64,000 bases of DNA from Pseudomonadota bacterium (GCA_018623135.1 JAAZVW010000004.1:746-64745), one strand, 5' to 3'. Positions 30,636 through 41,887 are shown, counted from the stretch's first letter. Notes: generated by a model from the letters alone, not told the origin. Numbers and translations are program-made.

Positions 30636-31787
30636 ATGCTCGAATCACTGCATCAGTTTGTTCTTAGCTTGCCTTTCGGTGCAACGCTATGGACAGCGTT
30701 TATGTTCATTTTTGTTCTTTCAATTTTAGTTTTTATTCACGAATTAGGTCATTACTTAGCAGCACGTTCTGTGGGTATTCGTGTTAAAGCCTTTTCAATT
30801 GGTTTCGGTAAAGAAATTTGGGGCTTTGACGACAAAAACGGCTGTCGTTGGAAAGTATCTCTTATTCCATTAGGTGGCTATGTGAATATGATGGAAGATG
30901 AAAAGGCAGACCCTAATGATAAGGCTGCTTTTTCTAATAAATCTGTTTATGCACGTTTTTGGGCTGTTGTGGCTGGGCCTTTGGCAAACTTTATTTTTGC
31001 CGTTGTTGCGCTTATGGCGTTATTTGCAACATCTGGTGAGCAGGTGATGAAGCCAACAGTGGGTGCTGTAGTAGAAGGTATGCCAGCTCAAGAAGCTGGA
31101 CTTGTTAAAGGTGATACAATCCTTTCTGTTAATGGTGTTGATGTGAAATCTTGGCAGGATATGTCGGATTACATTGGTGCGCGTGGTGGTGAGCGTTTAT
31201 TGCTAAAAGTAGCGCGTGAAGATGAGATTCTAACAGTATTTATTACGCCTAAAATTCATAATAAAAAGAACCTGCTTGGTAAAGAAGTTAAAGCAGGTAT
31301 GATTGGTATTGGTGCCGCGGGTGAAACCTATATGGTTGAACACCCTGGTTTTAGTGCAGTAACAGAGGCTGTTAAACGTACATATGAAATGTCGGCACTG
31401 ACGCTTGAAGGCTTAAAAAGCATGATTTTACAGGAAATTCCGGCCGATGTTGGTGGCCCTGTAACCATTGCTAAAATGGCTGGTGATTCTGCATCTTACG
31501 GTATTTATGCACTTATTATGTTTATGGTGCTTATTTCTATTAACTTAGGTTTGTTGAATCTATTGCCTATCCCCGTTTTAGATGGTGGCCACTTATTGTT
31601 TTATACATTTGAGATTTTGTTAGGTCGTCCGCTTAATGAAAAAGTACAAGAGTATGGTTACCGCTTTGGTTTTGCGGTAGTTATCAGCCTTATGATATTT
31701 GCATTGTATAAAGATACAGTGCGTGTAATTATCCCTGCACTTAGCCCATCTGAAGTGCAAAGTGAATCTGCTCAAACAGGAGAATAA
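30636..31787 (+). CDS. rseP: RIP zinc metalloprotease RseP
   Basis: HELGHY motif in TM1, a PDZ region and NLLPIPVLDGGH. Confidence 0.9.
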   Translation: MLESLHQFVLSLPFGATLWTAFMFIFVLSILVFIHELGHYLAARSVGIRVKAFSIGFGKEIWGFDDKNGCRWKVSLIPLGGYVNMMEDEKADPNDKAAFSNKSVYARFWAVVAGPLANFIFAVVALMALFATSGEQVMKPTVGAVVEGMPAQEAGLVKGDTILSVNGVDVKSWQDMSDYIGARGGERLLLKVAREDEILTVFITPKIHNKKNLLGKEVKAGMIGIGAAGETYMVEHPGFSAVTEAVKRTYEMSALTLEGLKSMILQEIPADVGGPVTIAKMAGDSASYGIYALIMFMVLISINLGLLNLLPIPVLDGGHLLFYTFEILLGRPLNEKVQEYGYRFGFAVVISLMIFALYKDTVRVIIPALSPSEVQSESAQTGE

Positions 31788-31792
31788 AAATA

Positions 31793-34042
31793 ATGAAAAA
31801 ATCCCTTTTAGCTTTAAGCGTGCTTTCGCTTGCTTCTGCGCCAGCTTGGGCTGAAAGCATTCAGAAGATTTTGGTAGAAGGCAATAAGCGTATTGAAGAG
31901 CAAACAGTACGTAGTTACCTAAGCTTATATGAGGGGGCTGAATATTCAGCTGAAAACTCTCGTAAGGCGGTTAAATCTCTTTATGCTACAGGCTTATTTG
32001 ATGATGTTAAAATGACATGGAATGAAGGTACTCTTGTTGTAGAAGTACAAGAAAACCCTGTGATTAATCGTGTTGTATTTGAAGGCTTAGATGAGCTTGG
32101 AGAAGAGCAACTTAAAAAGCTAGTAGAGCTTAAAGAACGTGGTGTTTATAACCCTGGTAAGGTACAGAAAGATGTTTCTGAAATTTTATCAGCGTACCGC
32201 GCTGCGGGACATTTTCTAGCTTCTGTTGAGCCACAAATTATTCGCCGTGACCAAAACCGAGTAGATGTGATTTACAAAATTGATGAAGGCGAAAAAACAG
32301 AAATTCGCAGTATCCGTTTTGTGGGTAACCAAGACTATACAGATGGCAAACTACGTGATGTTGTGAGCACGAAAGAATCTGCTTGGTGGCGTTTCTTTGG
32401 TAGTGCAGATTCATACGATCCTGATCGTATGGAATATGATAAAGAATTGCTTCGTCGTTTTTACGTTAAAAATGGTTATGCCGATTTTAAAGTGAATTCT
32501 GCTGTTGCTGAGCTTTCTCGTGATAAAGAAGGCTTCTTTATGACGTTTTCGATTCATGAAGGTAAAGTTTATACAGTAAATGATGTGACAATTCAGGCTG
32601 CAGATGTGGATGTACCGCAAGATGAGCTTTATAAACAGTTAACAATTAAATCAGGTCAAAATTATAATGGCTTGCAAATTGAAAGCAATGTGGATGCACT
32701 TATTGATTACTTAGGTTCTCATGGTTTTGCTTTTACAGATGTGTACCCACGTGTGAAAAAAGATTTTGATGCAGGCACAATTGATATTGTGTTTACGCTG
32801 CGTCCAGGCCCACGTGTTTACGTTAACCGTATTAACATTAAAGGTAATGACAGAACACGTGACCATGTGATTCGTCGTCAGATGCGTTTAGCAGAAGGTG
32901 ATGCTTTTTCAACATCTAAACTACAACGTTCAGAAGATCGTTTGAAGTATTTAGATTACTTTGAAGAAGTAGATGTTGAGCGTACGCCAACAGATTACCC
33001 AGATAAAATTGACCTAGATGTGAATGTAAAAGAACAGTCTACCGGTGAATTTCAAATTGCTGCAGGTGTATCTTCTTATGAGGGTTTCTTGGCAACTGCT
33101 GATGTAAAAGAAAAGAACTTCCTTGGTAAAGGGCAAAATGTAGGCTTATCTTTTGCTTTATCGGGTCGTCGTAAAAACTTCAATTTAAGTTTTACTGAAC
33201 CATATTTTATGGACCAAGAGCTTTCAGCAGGTTTTGATTTATTTAATGAAGTTTATGATTATCAAGATCAATCTTCTTACGACCAAGCAACGCAAGGTGG
33301 CCGTTTACGTTTTGGCTTCCCGATTGATGAATACTCATCTAACCTTGTAGCGTTAACGCTACAGAAAAAAGCGATTGAAGATGTTGATGATGACGCCTCT
33401 CAGTTTATTAAAGACGAAGAGGGCGAGCGTAACATGCTGATGATTTCTAACACCTATCGTGTTGACACGCGTGATAGCTATATTATGCCAACAAAAGGTT
33501 ATAACTATTCTCTTGGTGTTGACTATGCAGGTTTAGGCAGTGATGTGGACTTTATTCGTACAGATGTAAAAGGTTCGTACCATATTCCGTTTTGGGATAA
33601 GTGGACATTCTCTGTAGGTGGTCGTGCAGGTGCGATTATTGAAACAGGATCAGAAATTCCGTTATTTGATCTTTACCGTGCAGGTGGTCAGACATTACGT
33701 GGTTTTGATCTTTCTGGTATTGGCCCGCGTGATGCAACAACTAAAGATGCTTTAGGCGGTCAATATATGTTAGGTAACAACCTAGAAGTACGATTCCCGC
33801 TTGGTAAGTTAGATGAATCTGGCGTTAAAGGTTTTGTATTTTCTGACGGTGGTATTGTGACTGAATTTAAAAACGATAACCCGAATGTTGTAGATGACCA
33901 AACATACCGTATTTCTGTGGGTGCTGGTATCTTCTGGCGTTCGCCTTTAGGTCCGTTACGTTTTGAATTTGGTTTCCCAGTTGTTAAAGCAGAAGACGAT
34001 GAAACACAAGTGTTCAGCTTTAGCGTAGGTTCTAGTTTCTAA
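31793..34042 (+). CDS. bamA: outer membrane protein assembly factor BamA
   Basis: Signal peptide, POTRA repeats, a C-terminal barrel with RGF and a terminal aromatic residue. Confidence 0.95.
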   Translation: MKKSLLALSVLSLASAPAWAESIQKILVEGNKRIEEQTVRSYLSLYEGAEYSAENSRKAVKSLYATGLFDDVKMTWNEGTLVVEVQENPVINRVVFEGLDELGEEQLKKLVELKERGVYNPGKVQKDVSEILSAYRAAGHFLASVEPQIIRRDQNRVDVIYKIDEGEKTEIRSIRFVGNQDYTDGKLRDVVSTKESAWWRFFGSADSYDPDRMEYDKELLRRFYVKNGYADFKVNSAVAELSRDKEGFFMTFSIHEGKVYTVNDVTIQAADVDVPQDELYKQLTIKSGQNYNGLQIESNVDALIDYLGSHGFAFTDVYPRVKKDFDAGTIDIVFTLRPGPRVYVNRINIKGNDRTRDHVIRRQMRLAEGDAFSTSKLQRSEDRLKYLDYFEEVDVERTPTDYPDKIDLDVNVKEQSTGEFQIAAGVSSYEGFLATADVKEKNFLGKGQNVGLSFALSGRRKNFNLSFTEPYFMDQELSAGFDLFNEVYDYQDQSSYDQATQGGRLRFGFPIDEYSSNLVALTLQKKAIEDVDDDASQFIKDEEGERNMLMISNTYRVDTRDSYIMPTKGYNYSLGVDYAGLGSDVDFIRTDVKGSYHIPFWDKWTFSVGGRAGAIIETGSEIPLFDLYRAGGQTLRGFDLSGIGPRDATTKDALGGQYMLGNNLEVRFPLGKLDESGVKGFVFSDGGIVTEFKNDNPNVVDDQTYRISVGAGIFWRSPLGPLRFEFGFPVVKAEDDETQVFSFSVGSSF

Positions 34043-34070
34043 TAAAATTAAGATAAAAAGGTAAATAATA

Positions 34071-34574
34071 ATGCGTATTTTAGTATTAGCTCTAAGCTTT
34101 TTAACAGTAGCCTTTTCTGCACAAGCGGAAACAAAAATTGCCGTAGTAGATACACAGGCTGTTATTGCACAAACAAACGCTGCAGAGCGTGCGCGTGAGA
34201 TTCTTAAAATAGAAACGGAAGAAGCGCAAAAAAATATCGATAAACTTGAAAAAGAGCTTAAGAAAAAACAAGATGACTTAATGAATAAAAAATCTGTTCT
34301 TTCTGAAGATAAGTTTAAAGAAGAAGAAGATAAGCTTAAAAAAGCAGTACGTGATTATCGTATGGAAGTGCGCGCCTCTCAAGAAGGTTTAGACCGTCGT
34401 AATTTAGAACTACGTAAACCAATTGTAGATGCAGTACGTGAAGTGATTATTGATATTGCTAAAAAAGAAGGCTACACAGCAATTTTACCTACAAAACTTG
34501 TTGTGTTCCATGAAACTGAAATTGATTTAACAGAAGAAGTACTTAAACGTACAAACAAAAAACTGGATAAATAA
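34071..34574 (+). CDS. skp: periplasmic chaperone Skp/OmpH
   Basis: Signal peptide plus a K/E-rich coiled coil; conserved position between bamA and lpxD. Confidence 0.8.
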   Translation: MRILVLALSFLTVAFSAQAETKIAVVDTQAVIAQTNAAERAREILKIETEEAQKNIDKLEKELKKKQDDLMNKKSVLSEDKFKEEEDKLKKAVRDYRMEVRASQEGLDRRNLELRKPIVDAVREVIIDIAKKEGYTAILPTKLVVFHETEIDLTEEVLKRTNKKLDK

Positions 34575-35578
34575 TGAACAAGTTTTTTAAAGTTTCTGGC
34601 CCCTTTAGTGCGAAGGACTTAGGGGAACAACTTGATTGTGAAGTTGTTGGAGACCCTTCCGTTATACTTACAACCATTGCCCCAGTGCAACATGCGCACG
34701 ATGGGGCTTTGGCCTTTCTTGATAACCCTAAATATGTCCAATATTTACAAGATACAAAAGCATCTGCCGTGATTTTAAAACCAGAATTTGTTTCCCAACT
34801 TCCAGAAGGTGTTGTTGGTTTGGTTACAGCAATGCCGTACCCGACATATGCAAAAGCTTCGGCATTGTTTTATCCGGTGCCTCATGTTGAGCCATCAATA
34901 CATAAATTGGCGGCTGTAGATGCTTCTGCAAATGTACATAAAAATGTTGAAATAGCCGCTGGTGCCGTTATTGATGCTGGTGCTGAAATTGCAGAAAACG
35001 TTTACATCGGTGCAAATTCTTATATAGGCCCAAATGTAAAAATTGGTGCAGGTACACGTATTGGCGCAGGCTGTAGTATTATTTGTGCAGAAATAGGCAC
35101 AAATTGTATTATTCATGCCAATGTTGCCATTGGGCAAGATGGTTTTGGCTTTGCTTTTGATGGTAAAGAAATTGTAAAAGTACCGCAAGTAGGCTCTGTT
35201 AAAATTGGCCATTTTGTAGAAATTGGTGCAGGCACAACGATTGATAGAGGCGCATTAGCACCTACGGAAATTGGCGATATGACAAAAATTGATAACCTTG
35301 TGCAAATTGGGCATAACGTTAAAATAGGTCGTATGTGTCAAATTGTTTCTCAAACAGGTGTTGCTGGCTCATCTGAACTTGGCGACGGTGTTGTGTTGGG
35401 CGGACAATCTGGTGTTTCTGGTCATGTAAAGGTTGCAGATAGAGTTATGCTCGCAGCACGTGGTGTGATTACTAAAAATATAGATAAAATTGGCGCTGTT
35501 TTAGGTGGGTTCCCTGCAATTCCGCTTAAAGAGTGGCGAAAAGAACAGGCGAAACTAAGCCGATTATTAAAAAAGTAA
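34574..35578 (+). CDS. lpxD: UDP-3-O-acylglucosamine N-acyltransferase
   Basis: Left-handed beta-helix hexapeptide repeats; synteny. Confidence 0.9.
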   Translation: MNKFFKVSGPFSAKDLGEQLDCEVVGDPSVILTTIAPVQHAHDGALAFLDNPKYVQYLQDTKASAVILKPEFVSQLPEGVVGLVTAMPYPTYAKASALFYPVPHVEPSIHKLAAVDASANVHKNVEIAAGAVIDAGAEIAENVYIGANSYIGPNVKIGAGTRIGAGCSIICAEIGTNCIIHANVAIGQDGFGFAFDGKEIVKVPQVGSVKIGHFVEIGAGTTIDRGALAPTEIGDMTKIDNLVQIGHNVKIGRMCQIVSQTGVAGSSELGDGVVLGGQSGVSGHVKVADRVMLAARGVITKNIDKIGAVLGGFPAIPLKEWRKEQAKLSRLLKK

Positions 35579-35588
35579 GAGAAGAAAT

Positions 35589-36041
35589 ATGTTGTTAGAT
35601 AAACAGGGTGTAGAATCTAGAATTCCTCATAGAGAGCCAATGCTTTTAATTGATGAGGTTGTGAGCTTTGATAAAGAAAAAAGCTCTATTCATGCACGTA
35701 AATATACACAAAAAGAAGATATGTACTTTAAGGGGCACTTTCCGGGTAACCCAATTATGCCAGGTGTGATGACACTTGAGGCGATGGCGCAAGCTTCTGC
35801 GTTATATGTATGTTTACATTTAGATAAAACAGCAGAAGAAACATATTTTTATTTTATGGCTGTAGAGGAGTGTAAATTCAGAAAACCCGTACTTCCTGAA
35901 CAAACGATTGATTTTGAAGTTACTTGTGTAAAGCAACGCGGTACTGTGTTTAAATTTGAAGGTGATGCTTTTGTGGAGGGTGAAAAAATTGCCAATGCTT
36001 CCTTTACTGCAAAAGTTGTTTTAAAAGAGGATGAAAAATAA
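35589..36041 (+). CDS. fabZ: 3-hydroxyacyl-ACP dehydratase FabZ
   Basis: LPHREPMLLID...HFPGNPIMPGV. Confidence 0.95.
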   Translation: MLLDKQGVESRIPHREPMLLIDEVVSFDKEKSSIHARKYTQKEDMYFKGHFPGNPIMPGVMTLEAMAQASALYVCLHLDKTAEETYFYFMAVEECKFRKPVLPEQTIDFEVTCVKQRGTVFKFEGDAFVEGEKIANASFTAKVVLKEDEK

Positions 36042-36853
36042 TGACGAGCAAAACTTTTATCCACCCAACAGCTATTATTGAAGATGGCGCTGTTATCGGG
36101 GAAGGTTCTTATATTGGGCCATATTGTACTTTAGGGGCACAGGTTAAGCTAGGTGAAAACTGTATGCTTAAAAGCCATGTAGCGATTGAGGGTGATACTG
36201 AAATTGGTGAGGAGACAGAAATTTATCCTTTTGCCTCTATCGGCCAGGCACCGCAAGATTTAAAATACAATGGTGAAAATACAAAATTACGTATTGGTAA
36301 AAACAACAAAATTCGTGAATATGTGACCATGCAGTTGGGTACAGTGCAAGATGAAGGCATTACTAAAGTAGGCGATAATAACCTATTTATGGCTCTTACA
36401 CATATTGCGCATGATTGTGTTGTTGGTAATAACTGTGTACTTGCAAATGGCGCAACCATTGCAGGGCATGTACATATAGATGATTATGTCACAATTGGCG
36501 GGCTTTCTGCTGTACAGCAATTTTTGCGTATTGGGCGTCAGGCGATGCTTGGTGGCGGCTCTATTGTTGTGCAAGATGTGATTCCTTTTGGTTTGGTTCA
36601 GGGGAATCGAGCGCATTTAGAAAGCTTAAATCTTATTGGTTTAAAACGCCGCGGTTTTGCAAAAGATGATATTAATGCATTACGTAGAGCGTACCGTATG
36701 ATGTTTGCTCAAGAAGGTACAATGGATGAGCGCTTAGATGATGTTTGTGAGCTGTTTAAAAATGTGGAACTTGTACATGAAGTAGCAGATTTTATCCGCC
36801 TTTCTAAAAAAGGTGTATGCTCACCAACGGGAGCGGGGCATGACGCAGCCTAA
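36041..36853 (+). CDS. lpxA: UDP-N-acetylglucosamine O-acyltransferase
   Basis: IHPTAII plus hexapeptide repeats and a C-terminal helical domain. Confidence 0.95.
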   Translation: MTSKTFIHPTAIIEDGAVIGEGSYIGPYCTLGAQVKLGENCMLKSHVAIEGDTEIGEETEIYPFASIGQAPQDLKYNGENTKLRIGKNNKIREYVTMQLGTVQDEGITKVGDNNLFMALTHIAHDCVVGNNCVLANGATIAGHVHIDDYVTIGGLSAVQQFLRIGRQAMLGGGSIVVQDVIPFGLVQGNRAHLESLNLIGLKRRGFAKDDINALRRAYRMMFAQEGTMDERLDDVCELFKNVELVHEVADFIRLSKKGVCSPTGAGHDAA

Positions 36854-37682
36854 ATCTAAAGAAAAAGTTGCCATTTTAGCTGGTGGGGGCGTGTTGCCTA
36901 CGGCAGTTGCCCACGCTATATTAAAGGCTGAAAAGCAAATTTTAATGGTAACGTTTAAAGGGCAACCTAAGCCTGAAACAATGGAAAATGTGCCGACAAT
37001 AGAACTCGGCCTAGGGGCTATTGCTAAGGTTATTAAAACATTAAAAACTGAAAAATGTACCCATGTTTGTATGGCGGGGTTTTTATCTAAACCCTCTTTC
37101 TTTGACTTAAAATTGGATATGCGTGGTGCAAAAATATTGGCATCTTTAGCAACACATAATGATGATGCGCTTTTAAGCCGCTTATGCCGAGAATTTGAAT
37201 CTGAAGGTTTTATAGTACTAGGTGCACATGAGCTTGTGCCACAGTTGTTAGCCTCTGAAGGTGTATTGGGTAAAAATAAACCAACGGATAAACAGTTAAA
37301 AGATATAAATATTGGTTTTAAAGCAGCCAAAACTTTAGGTGGGCTTGATATTGGGCAAGCTGTTATTGTCAAAGACCAAGTTGTGTTAGGTGTTGAGGCG
37401 GTTGAGGGTACTGCTGAGCTGATTAAAAGATGTGCGCCCTTACGCGGACGTAAAAATAAAGGTGGCGTTTTAATTAAGGCGATTAAGCCTAACCAAGATA
37501 CGCGTGTAGATATGCCAGGTGTAGGGCTGCTTACGTTACAGAGTTTAAAAGATTTAGGCTTTGATGGTTTAGCGGTAGAGGCAGGGCAAACATTGTTATT
37601 AGATGGCGCTGCTTTTATTGAAAAAGCTGATAAATTAGGGCTGTATGTGTACGGTGTAAGTGAAGAAAAAGAAAATGTCTAA
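36840..37682 (+). CDS. lpxI: UDP-2,3-diacylglucosamine hydrolase LpxI (DUF1009)
   Basis: VAILAGGGVLP N-terminus and DIGQAVIV...VEAVEGT motif. The position between lpxA and lpxB is typical of alphaproteobacteria. Confidence 0.8.
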   Translation: MTQPKSKEKVAILAGGGVLPTAVAHAILKAEKQILMVTFKGQPKPETMENVPTIELGLGAIAKVIKTLKTEKCTHVCMAGFLSKPSFFDLKLDMRGAKILASLATHNDDALLSRLCREFESEGFIVLGAHELVPQLLASEGVLGKNKPTDKQLKDINIGFKAAKTLGGLDIGQAVIVKDQVVLGVEAVEGTAELIKRCAPLRGRKNKGGVLIKAIKPNQDTRVDMPGVGLLTLQSLKDLGFDGLAVEAGQTLLLDGAAFIEKADKLGLYVYGVSEEKENV

Positions 37683-38811
37683 AAAATATAAAGTTCTTGT
37701 TGTTGCGGGTGAATCTTCTGGCGATATCTTAGGTGCGGGCCTTATTCGTGAACTGAAAGCAAAGTTTAAAAATAATATCAGTTTTATTGGTATTGGTGGC
37801 TCTGAAATGGAAGCAGAGGGCGTGCCTTCTATGTTTGATCTTTCAGAATTTGCCGTTATGGGACTGACAGAGGTGTTACCTAGAGTGCCGCTTATTAAAA
37901 AGCGTATCCGCCAAACGGTACATGCTGCGCAAGCAGAAAAAGTAGATGCGATTGTTACCATTGATAGTCCCGATTTTACTTTACGTGTTGCAAAGGCGGT
38001 TAAAGCAGAAATGGATATTCCAGCCATTCATTTTGTAAGTCCGCACGTGTGGGCATGGCGCAAAAAGCGCATTTATAAAATGAAAGAATATTTGAATGAG
38101 GTTTTAGCTTTATTCCCATTTGAGCCAAAAGTGTATGAAAAAGCAGGTCTTGCCTGCACTTATGTGGGGCACCCTGTTGCAGAACGTTTAGAAAGTTATA
38201 TGCCCAAACGTGCAAAAGCGCTTAATAAAAAAGCGCCACGCATTGCATTGGTACCTGGGTCTCGTGTTTCAGAAATTTCTCGTATGATGCCTGAATTGGT
38301 TGATGCTTTTAAACGTATTAAAGCAAGTTACCCTGATGCACAAGCGGTTGTACCTATCGCAGACCATATTAATAGATCATTTCTAGAATCTTTTGTTGAT
38401 GATAAATTTGAGTATACTCATGGACAAGAGCGTTTTGATGTTCTTAAAAAATGTGATGTTGCTTTGGTTACTTCTGGTACTGCAAACTTAGAACTTGCGA
38501 TGCTTGGTCTGCCAATGGTTGTTGGTTATAAGCTTTCTAAGCTTACATATGCTATTGCCAAACCCTTTGTTAAAATTAAGTATTTTAGCCCTGTGAACTT
38601 AGTTGTGGATGAGCAGGTGGTGCCAGAATTGCTTCAAAAAGGGGCAACGGGTCAGCATTTTGCTGAAAAAGCATTAGAAATTTTATCGGGTCAGCCTGAG
38701 CGTAAAAAACAGCTTGATGGGATGAAAAAAGTACGCGAGACACTTCTTTCTGGAGGTAAAACAGCCTCCGAACGTGCCGCAGAAGCTGTGGCGAAGCATT
38801 TAAAAGGATAG
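37675..38811 (+). CDS. lpxB: lipid-A-disaccharide synthase
   Basis: VLVVAGESSGD..LGA N-terminus; the start overlaps the lpxI stop (ATGTCTAA). Confidence 0.9.
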   Translation: MSKKYKVLVVAGESSGDILGAGLIRELKAKFKNNISFIGIGGSEMEAEGVPSMFDLSEFAVMGLTEVLPRVPLIKKRIRQTVHAAQAEKVDAIVTIDSPDFTLRVAKAVKAEMDIPAIHFVSPHVWAWRKKRIYKMKEYLNEVLALFPFEPKVYEKAGLACTYVGHPVAERLESYMPKRAKALNKKAPRIALVPGSRVSEISRMMPELVDAFKRIKASYPDAQAVVPIADHINRSFLESFVDDKFEYTHGQERFDVLKKCDVALVTSGTANLELAMLGLPMVVGYKLSKLTYAIAKPFVKIKYFSPVNLVVDEQVVPELLQKGATGQHFAEKALEILSGQPERKKQLDGMKKVRETLLSGGKTASERAAEAVAKHLKG

Positions 38812-38989
38812 TCCTTCCTCATAAAATCGGTTGATCGTATTAAATGATGATTACTCTTTAAAGGCGCAGAAATGCGTCTTTTTTGTTTTTTTAATATTCT
38901 TTTTATAGAGCTCTCACTCATGCCCTGCTTACAATATAGTTAATTCTTAGAAGTTTAGAATAATTATATACACCAAGGAGAGCGGATTT

Positions 38990-40942
38990 ATGAAATCCTT
39001 AAGTTTGTCGAAAAATATGCAAATTTTACAAGTTGTATCTTTATTAGCATTGCCTTTAGCAATGGCCTTTATTGTTCAAATGTTTATGACCTCTGTTGTT
39101 TATGCATGGGTAGCGGGTTGCCTAGGTTTAGCTATTGCTATTGGCTTATATGTTGTTACATCTAAAGGGGCCTCATCTTTACAGCGTGCTTGTAAGTATG
39201 CAGAGTCTTTAGCGGAAGATATGTCTAACTTTAGCGCAGTAACAAATAGAGGTGATGAAGGTACACGTATTTATAAAGCTCTTCAGGCATTATCTGAAGT
39301 TTCGGATGAAGGTGGTGCGTCTCAGGTAACAGATACTGATGCGAATTTATTACAGATGAAATCTGCTCTGCTTAATTCTTTACGTATGAATGTGATGGTA
39401 GCAGATGATAACGATAATCTTATTTTTGTAAATGATGCAAGTTATAATGCTTTTCATGAACTTGCAGATGATATTCGTGAGGTGTATAGCGAGTTTGACC
39501 CTGATAAAGCCATAGGTGCTTCAATTCATAATTTCCATAAAGACCCTGAAATTATTAAAAAAGTACTTCGCAATATGAAGGAAGGGGATATTCATAAGGC
39601 GCGTATTAAAGTTGGTACGCTTGTCTTTTCTTTAAATGTAGCGCCAATTTTTGTAAATGGTGAGCGTAAAGGTACTTTTGCTGAATGGGCAAATATTACA
39701 GAACAATTAGCATCAGAAGAGCAGGCAGAAAAAGTGCTTTCTTGCATTAAAGGCTTAAACTCTAACGTGATGATGGCAGACGAGGAAGATAATTTAGTAT
39801 TTGCAAACGATGCTTCTGTGCGTGCATTCCACCGTATTGCAGATGATATTCGTAAAGTATACCCGAAATTTGACCCTGAAAAGGTTATTGGTGCTTCAAT
39901 TCATAACTTCCATAAAGACCCTGATGCGATTAGAACAGTTCTGCACTCTCTTAAAGAAGGTGAAGTGCACAGAGCGGATATTAAAGTTGGTAGTTTAACA
40001 CTCTCATTAAATGTAGGTGGTGTATTTAGTAATGGTAAACGTATGGGTACTTTTGCAGAGTGGGCAGATGTGACACATCAACGTAAATCTGAACAAGAAA
40101 AAGTGCGTGTTGAAAACCAAATTGAGCATGCAGCAAAAGCCATTAATACGGCAACAAGAGATATTGCCCAAGGTAATACAAATCTTTCTGAACGTACAGA
40201 AGCGCAAGCCGCATCTATTGAAGAAACAACAGCTTCTATGCAACAAATTACAGAGCGTGTAAATAATAACGCTCAAAACTCGAAAGAAGCATTAACTTCT
40301 GCAAATGATACAAGGCAAGCAGCAGATAGAGGTGGTGAGGTTGTGCGTAGTGCGATTCAGGCGATGGGTGAAATTAGTGAATCATCATCTAAAATTAATG
40401 ATATTATTGGTGTTATTGATGAAATCGCCTTCCAAACAAACCTACTAGCGCTAAACGCCGCAGTGGAAGCCGCGCGTGCTGGAGAACAAGGTAGAGGCTT
40501 TGCGGTTGTTGCATCTGAAGTGCGTACATTAGCAGGTCGTTCATCCAAAGCTGCGAAAGAAATCAAATCTCTGATTACAGAATCTGTACAAAAAGTTAAA
40601 GCGGGTACAGAGCAAGTTAACCAAACAGGTTCATGCTTAAATGACATTATTAGCAACGTGACTAAAGTAACTGATATGGTTGGTGGTATTTCTGAGGCAT
40701 CTCAAGAACAAGCATTGAGTATTCAGGAAATTAACAAGACTATTGCTCAAATGGATACCTTTACACAGCAAAATGCCGCTTTAGTGGAAGAGGCTTCAGC
40801 AGCTTCTAAAGCATTAGAAGAACAGGCGGTTGGGTTAATCGATCTAATTTCAGAAACTGAAAGTACAGATGATATTAAAACCCCCGATATGGAAGAAATA
40901 AACAAACCATCTTCCGAAAATGTTGAGGTAAGAGAGTATTAA
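38990..40942 (+). CDS. methyl-accepting chemotaxis protein with two TM helices, tandem cytoplasmic PAS modules and an MCP signalling domain
   Basis: Signalling hairpin motif [36 protein letters not shown] hairpin-like TM pair leaves almost no periplasmic loop. Confidence 0.9.
   Translation: MKSLSLSKNMQILQVVSLLALPLAMAFIVQMFMTSVVYAWVAGCLGLAIAIGLYVVTSKGASSLQRACKYAESLAEDMSNFSAVTNRGDEGTRIYKALQALSEVSDEGGASQVTDTDANLLQMKSALLNSLRMNVMVADDNDNLIFVNDASYNAFHELADDIREVYSEFDPDKAIGASIHNFHKDPEIIKKVLRNMKEGDIHKARIKVGTLVFSLNVAPIFVNGERKGTFAEWANITEQLASEEQAEKVLSCIKGLNSNVMMADEEDNLVFANDASVRAFHRIADDIRKVYPKFDPEKVIGASIHNFHKDPDAIRTVLHSLKEGEVHRADIKVGSLTLSLNVGGVFSNGKRMGTFAEWADVTHQRKSEQEKVRVENQIEHAAKAINTATRDIAQGNTNLSERTEAQAASIEETTASMQQITERVNNNAQNSKEALTSANDTRQAADRGGEVVRSAIQAMGEISESSSKINDIIGVIDEIAFQTNLLALNAAVEAARAGEQGRGFAVVASEVRTLAGRSSKAAKEIKSLITESVQKVKAGTEQVNQTGSCLNDIISNVTKVTDMVGGISEASQEQALSIQEINKTIAQMDTFTQQNAALVEEASAASKALEEQAVGLIDLISETESTDDIKTPDMEEINKPSSENVEVREY
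39350..40081 (+). repeat. internal tandem duplication (two about 118-aa PAS-like modules, offset 378 nt)
   Basis: aa 121-238 and aa 247-364 align without gaps. Long DNA runs are identical (ggtgcttcaattcataa.ttccataaagaccctga). Confidence 0.85.
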
Positions 40943-41057
40943 TAAAAAGGGGGCTTTTGCTCCTTTTTTTCTTTTATAACAATAAGATACGATTTTTTGG
41001 CACGGCTTTTGAATATGTTTATCTACAAACTAAATGAATGTTTAGAAAGGGACGCAT

Positions 41058-41717
41058 ATGAAAGTGCTAGAAAGTACAGCTGCAGACTCCTTAAAGGAAT
41101 TAGAAAGAGAATTTCTTGAAGGTGAGCTTACAAAAGAGAAGCTGAAAAAATTATTACTTAAAATGGACTCGTTGAAAAAACAGATTCATTTACAGAATGA
41201 TTTAATACATGGTTTAAAGCAACAAGCCAGGCGAGATGCTTTAACAGGAGCGTTAAATAGGCGTGCTTTCGAGCAAGAACTAAATAAATCTCTTTCTCTA
41301 TTTAAACGTTATAACCACCATGGCGCATTGTTAATGATAGATGTGAATGACTTTAAAACAATAAATGATACGCTAGGTCATTTAGCAGGAGATGCTATTT
41401 TAAAGCATATTGTTGAAGTTTTAGAGCGTAACACACGTGATACAGATATGATTTTTAGAGTTGGTGGCGATGAGTTCTGCGTTATATTAAAAGAAATGAC
41501 AGGCTCTGCTAGCCAGAAAAAACAAAGAGAGCTTATGGATACTCTTGCTTCATCTCCTTGTTCTTTTGAAGGTAGAGATATTTATATAACAGTTTCTATT
41601 GGCGCCTGTGCTTTTGCGCAAGCGACAACAAAAGCAGATTTAATTGCAAAAGCAGATACTGAAATGTATAGCTGCAAGCAACAAAAAAGCAAACATTTAT
41701 CCGCACTGCGAGCTTAA
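41058..41717 (+). CDS. diguanylate cyclase (coiled coil + GGDEF)
   Basis: DALTGALNRR, NDTLGHLAGD and RVGGDEFCVIL. Confidence 0.85.
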   Translation: MKVLESTAADSLKELEREFLEGELTKEKLKKLLLKMDSLKKQIHLQNDLIHGLKQQARRDALTGALNRRAFEQELNKSLSLFKRYNHHGALLMIDVNDFKTINDTLGHLAGDAILKHIVEVLERNTRDTDMIFRVGGDEFCVILKEMTGSASQKKQRELMDTLASSPCSFEGRDIYITVSIGACAFAQATTKADLIAKADTEMYSCKQQKSKHLSALRA

Positions 41718-41798
41718 ATGTTTTAGAAATTGAGGTTTTGTGTATCCTTCCCCTTGTACCCTTGTTGTTATCCTAGCCCTCACAAAGCCTCTTAATAA

Positions 41799-41830
41799 GC
41801 CCGCGGAACCAACCGCGGGCATTTCTATTT
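41799..41830 (+). terminator. probable terminator after the GGDEF gene
   Basis: Perfect 8-bp GC stem gcccgcgg/ccgcgggc, 6-nt loop and an interrupted T tract. Confidence 0.5.
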
Positions 41831-41887
41831 GTAATATCTTATGCTATACTTTCGCCACTTATAAAAAATAACAAAGGTATGTAATAG

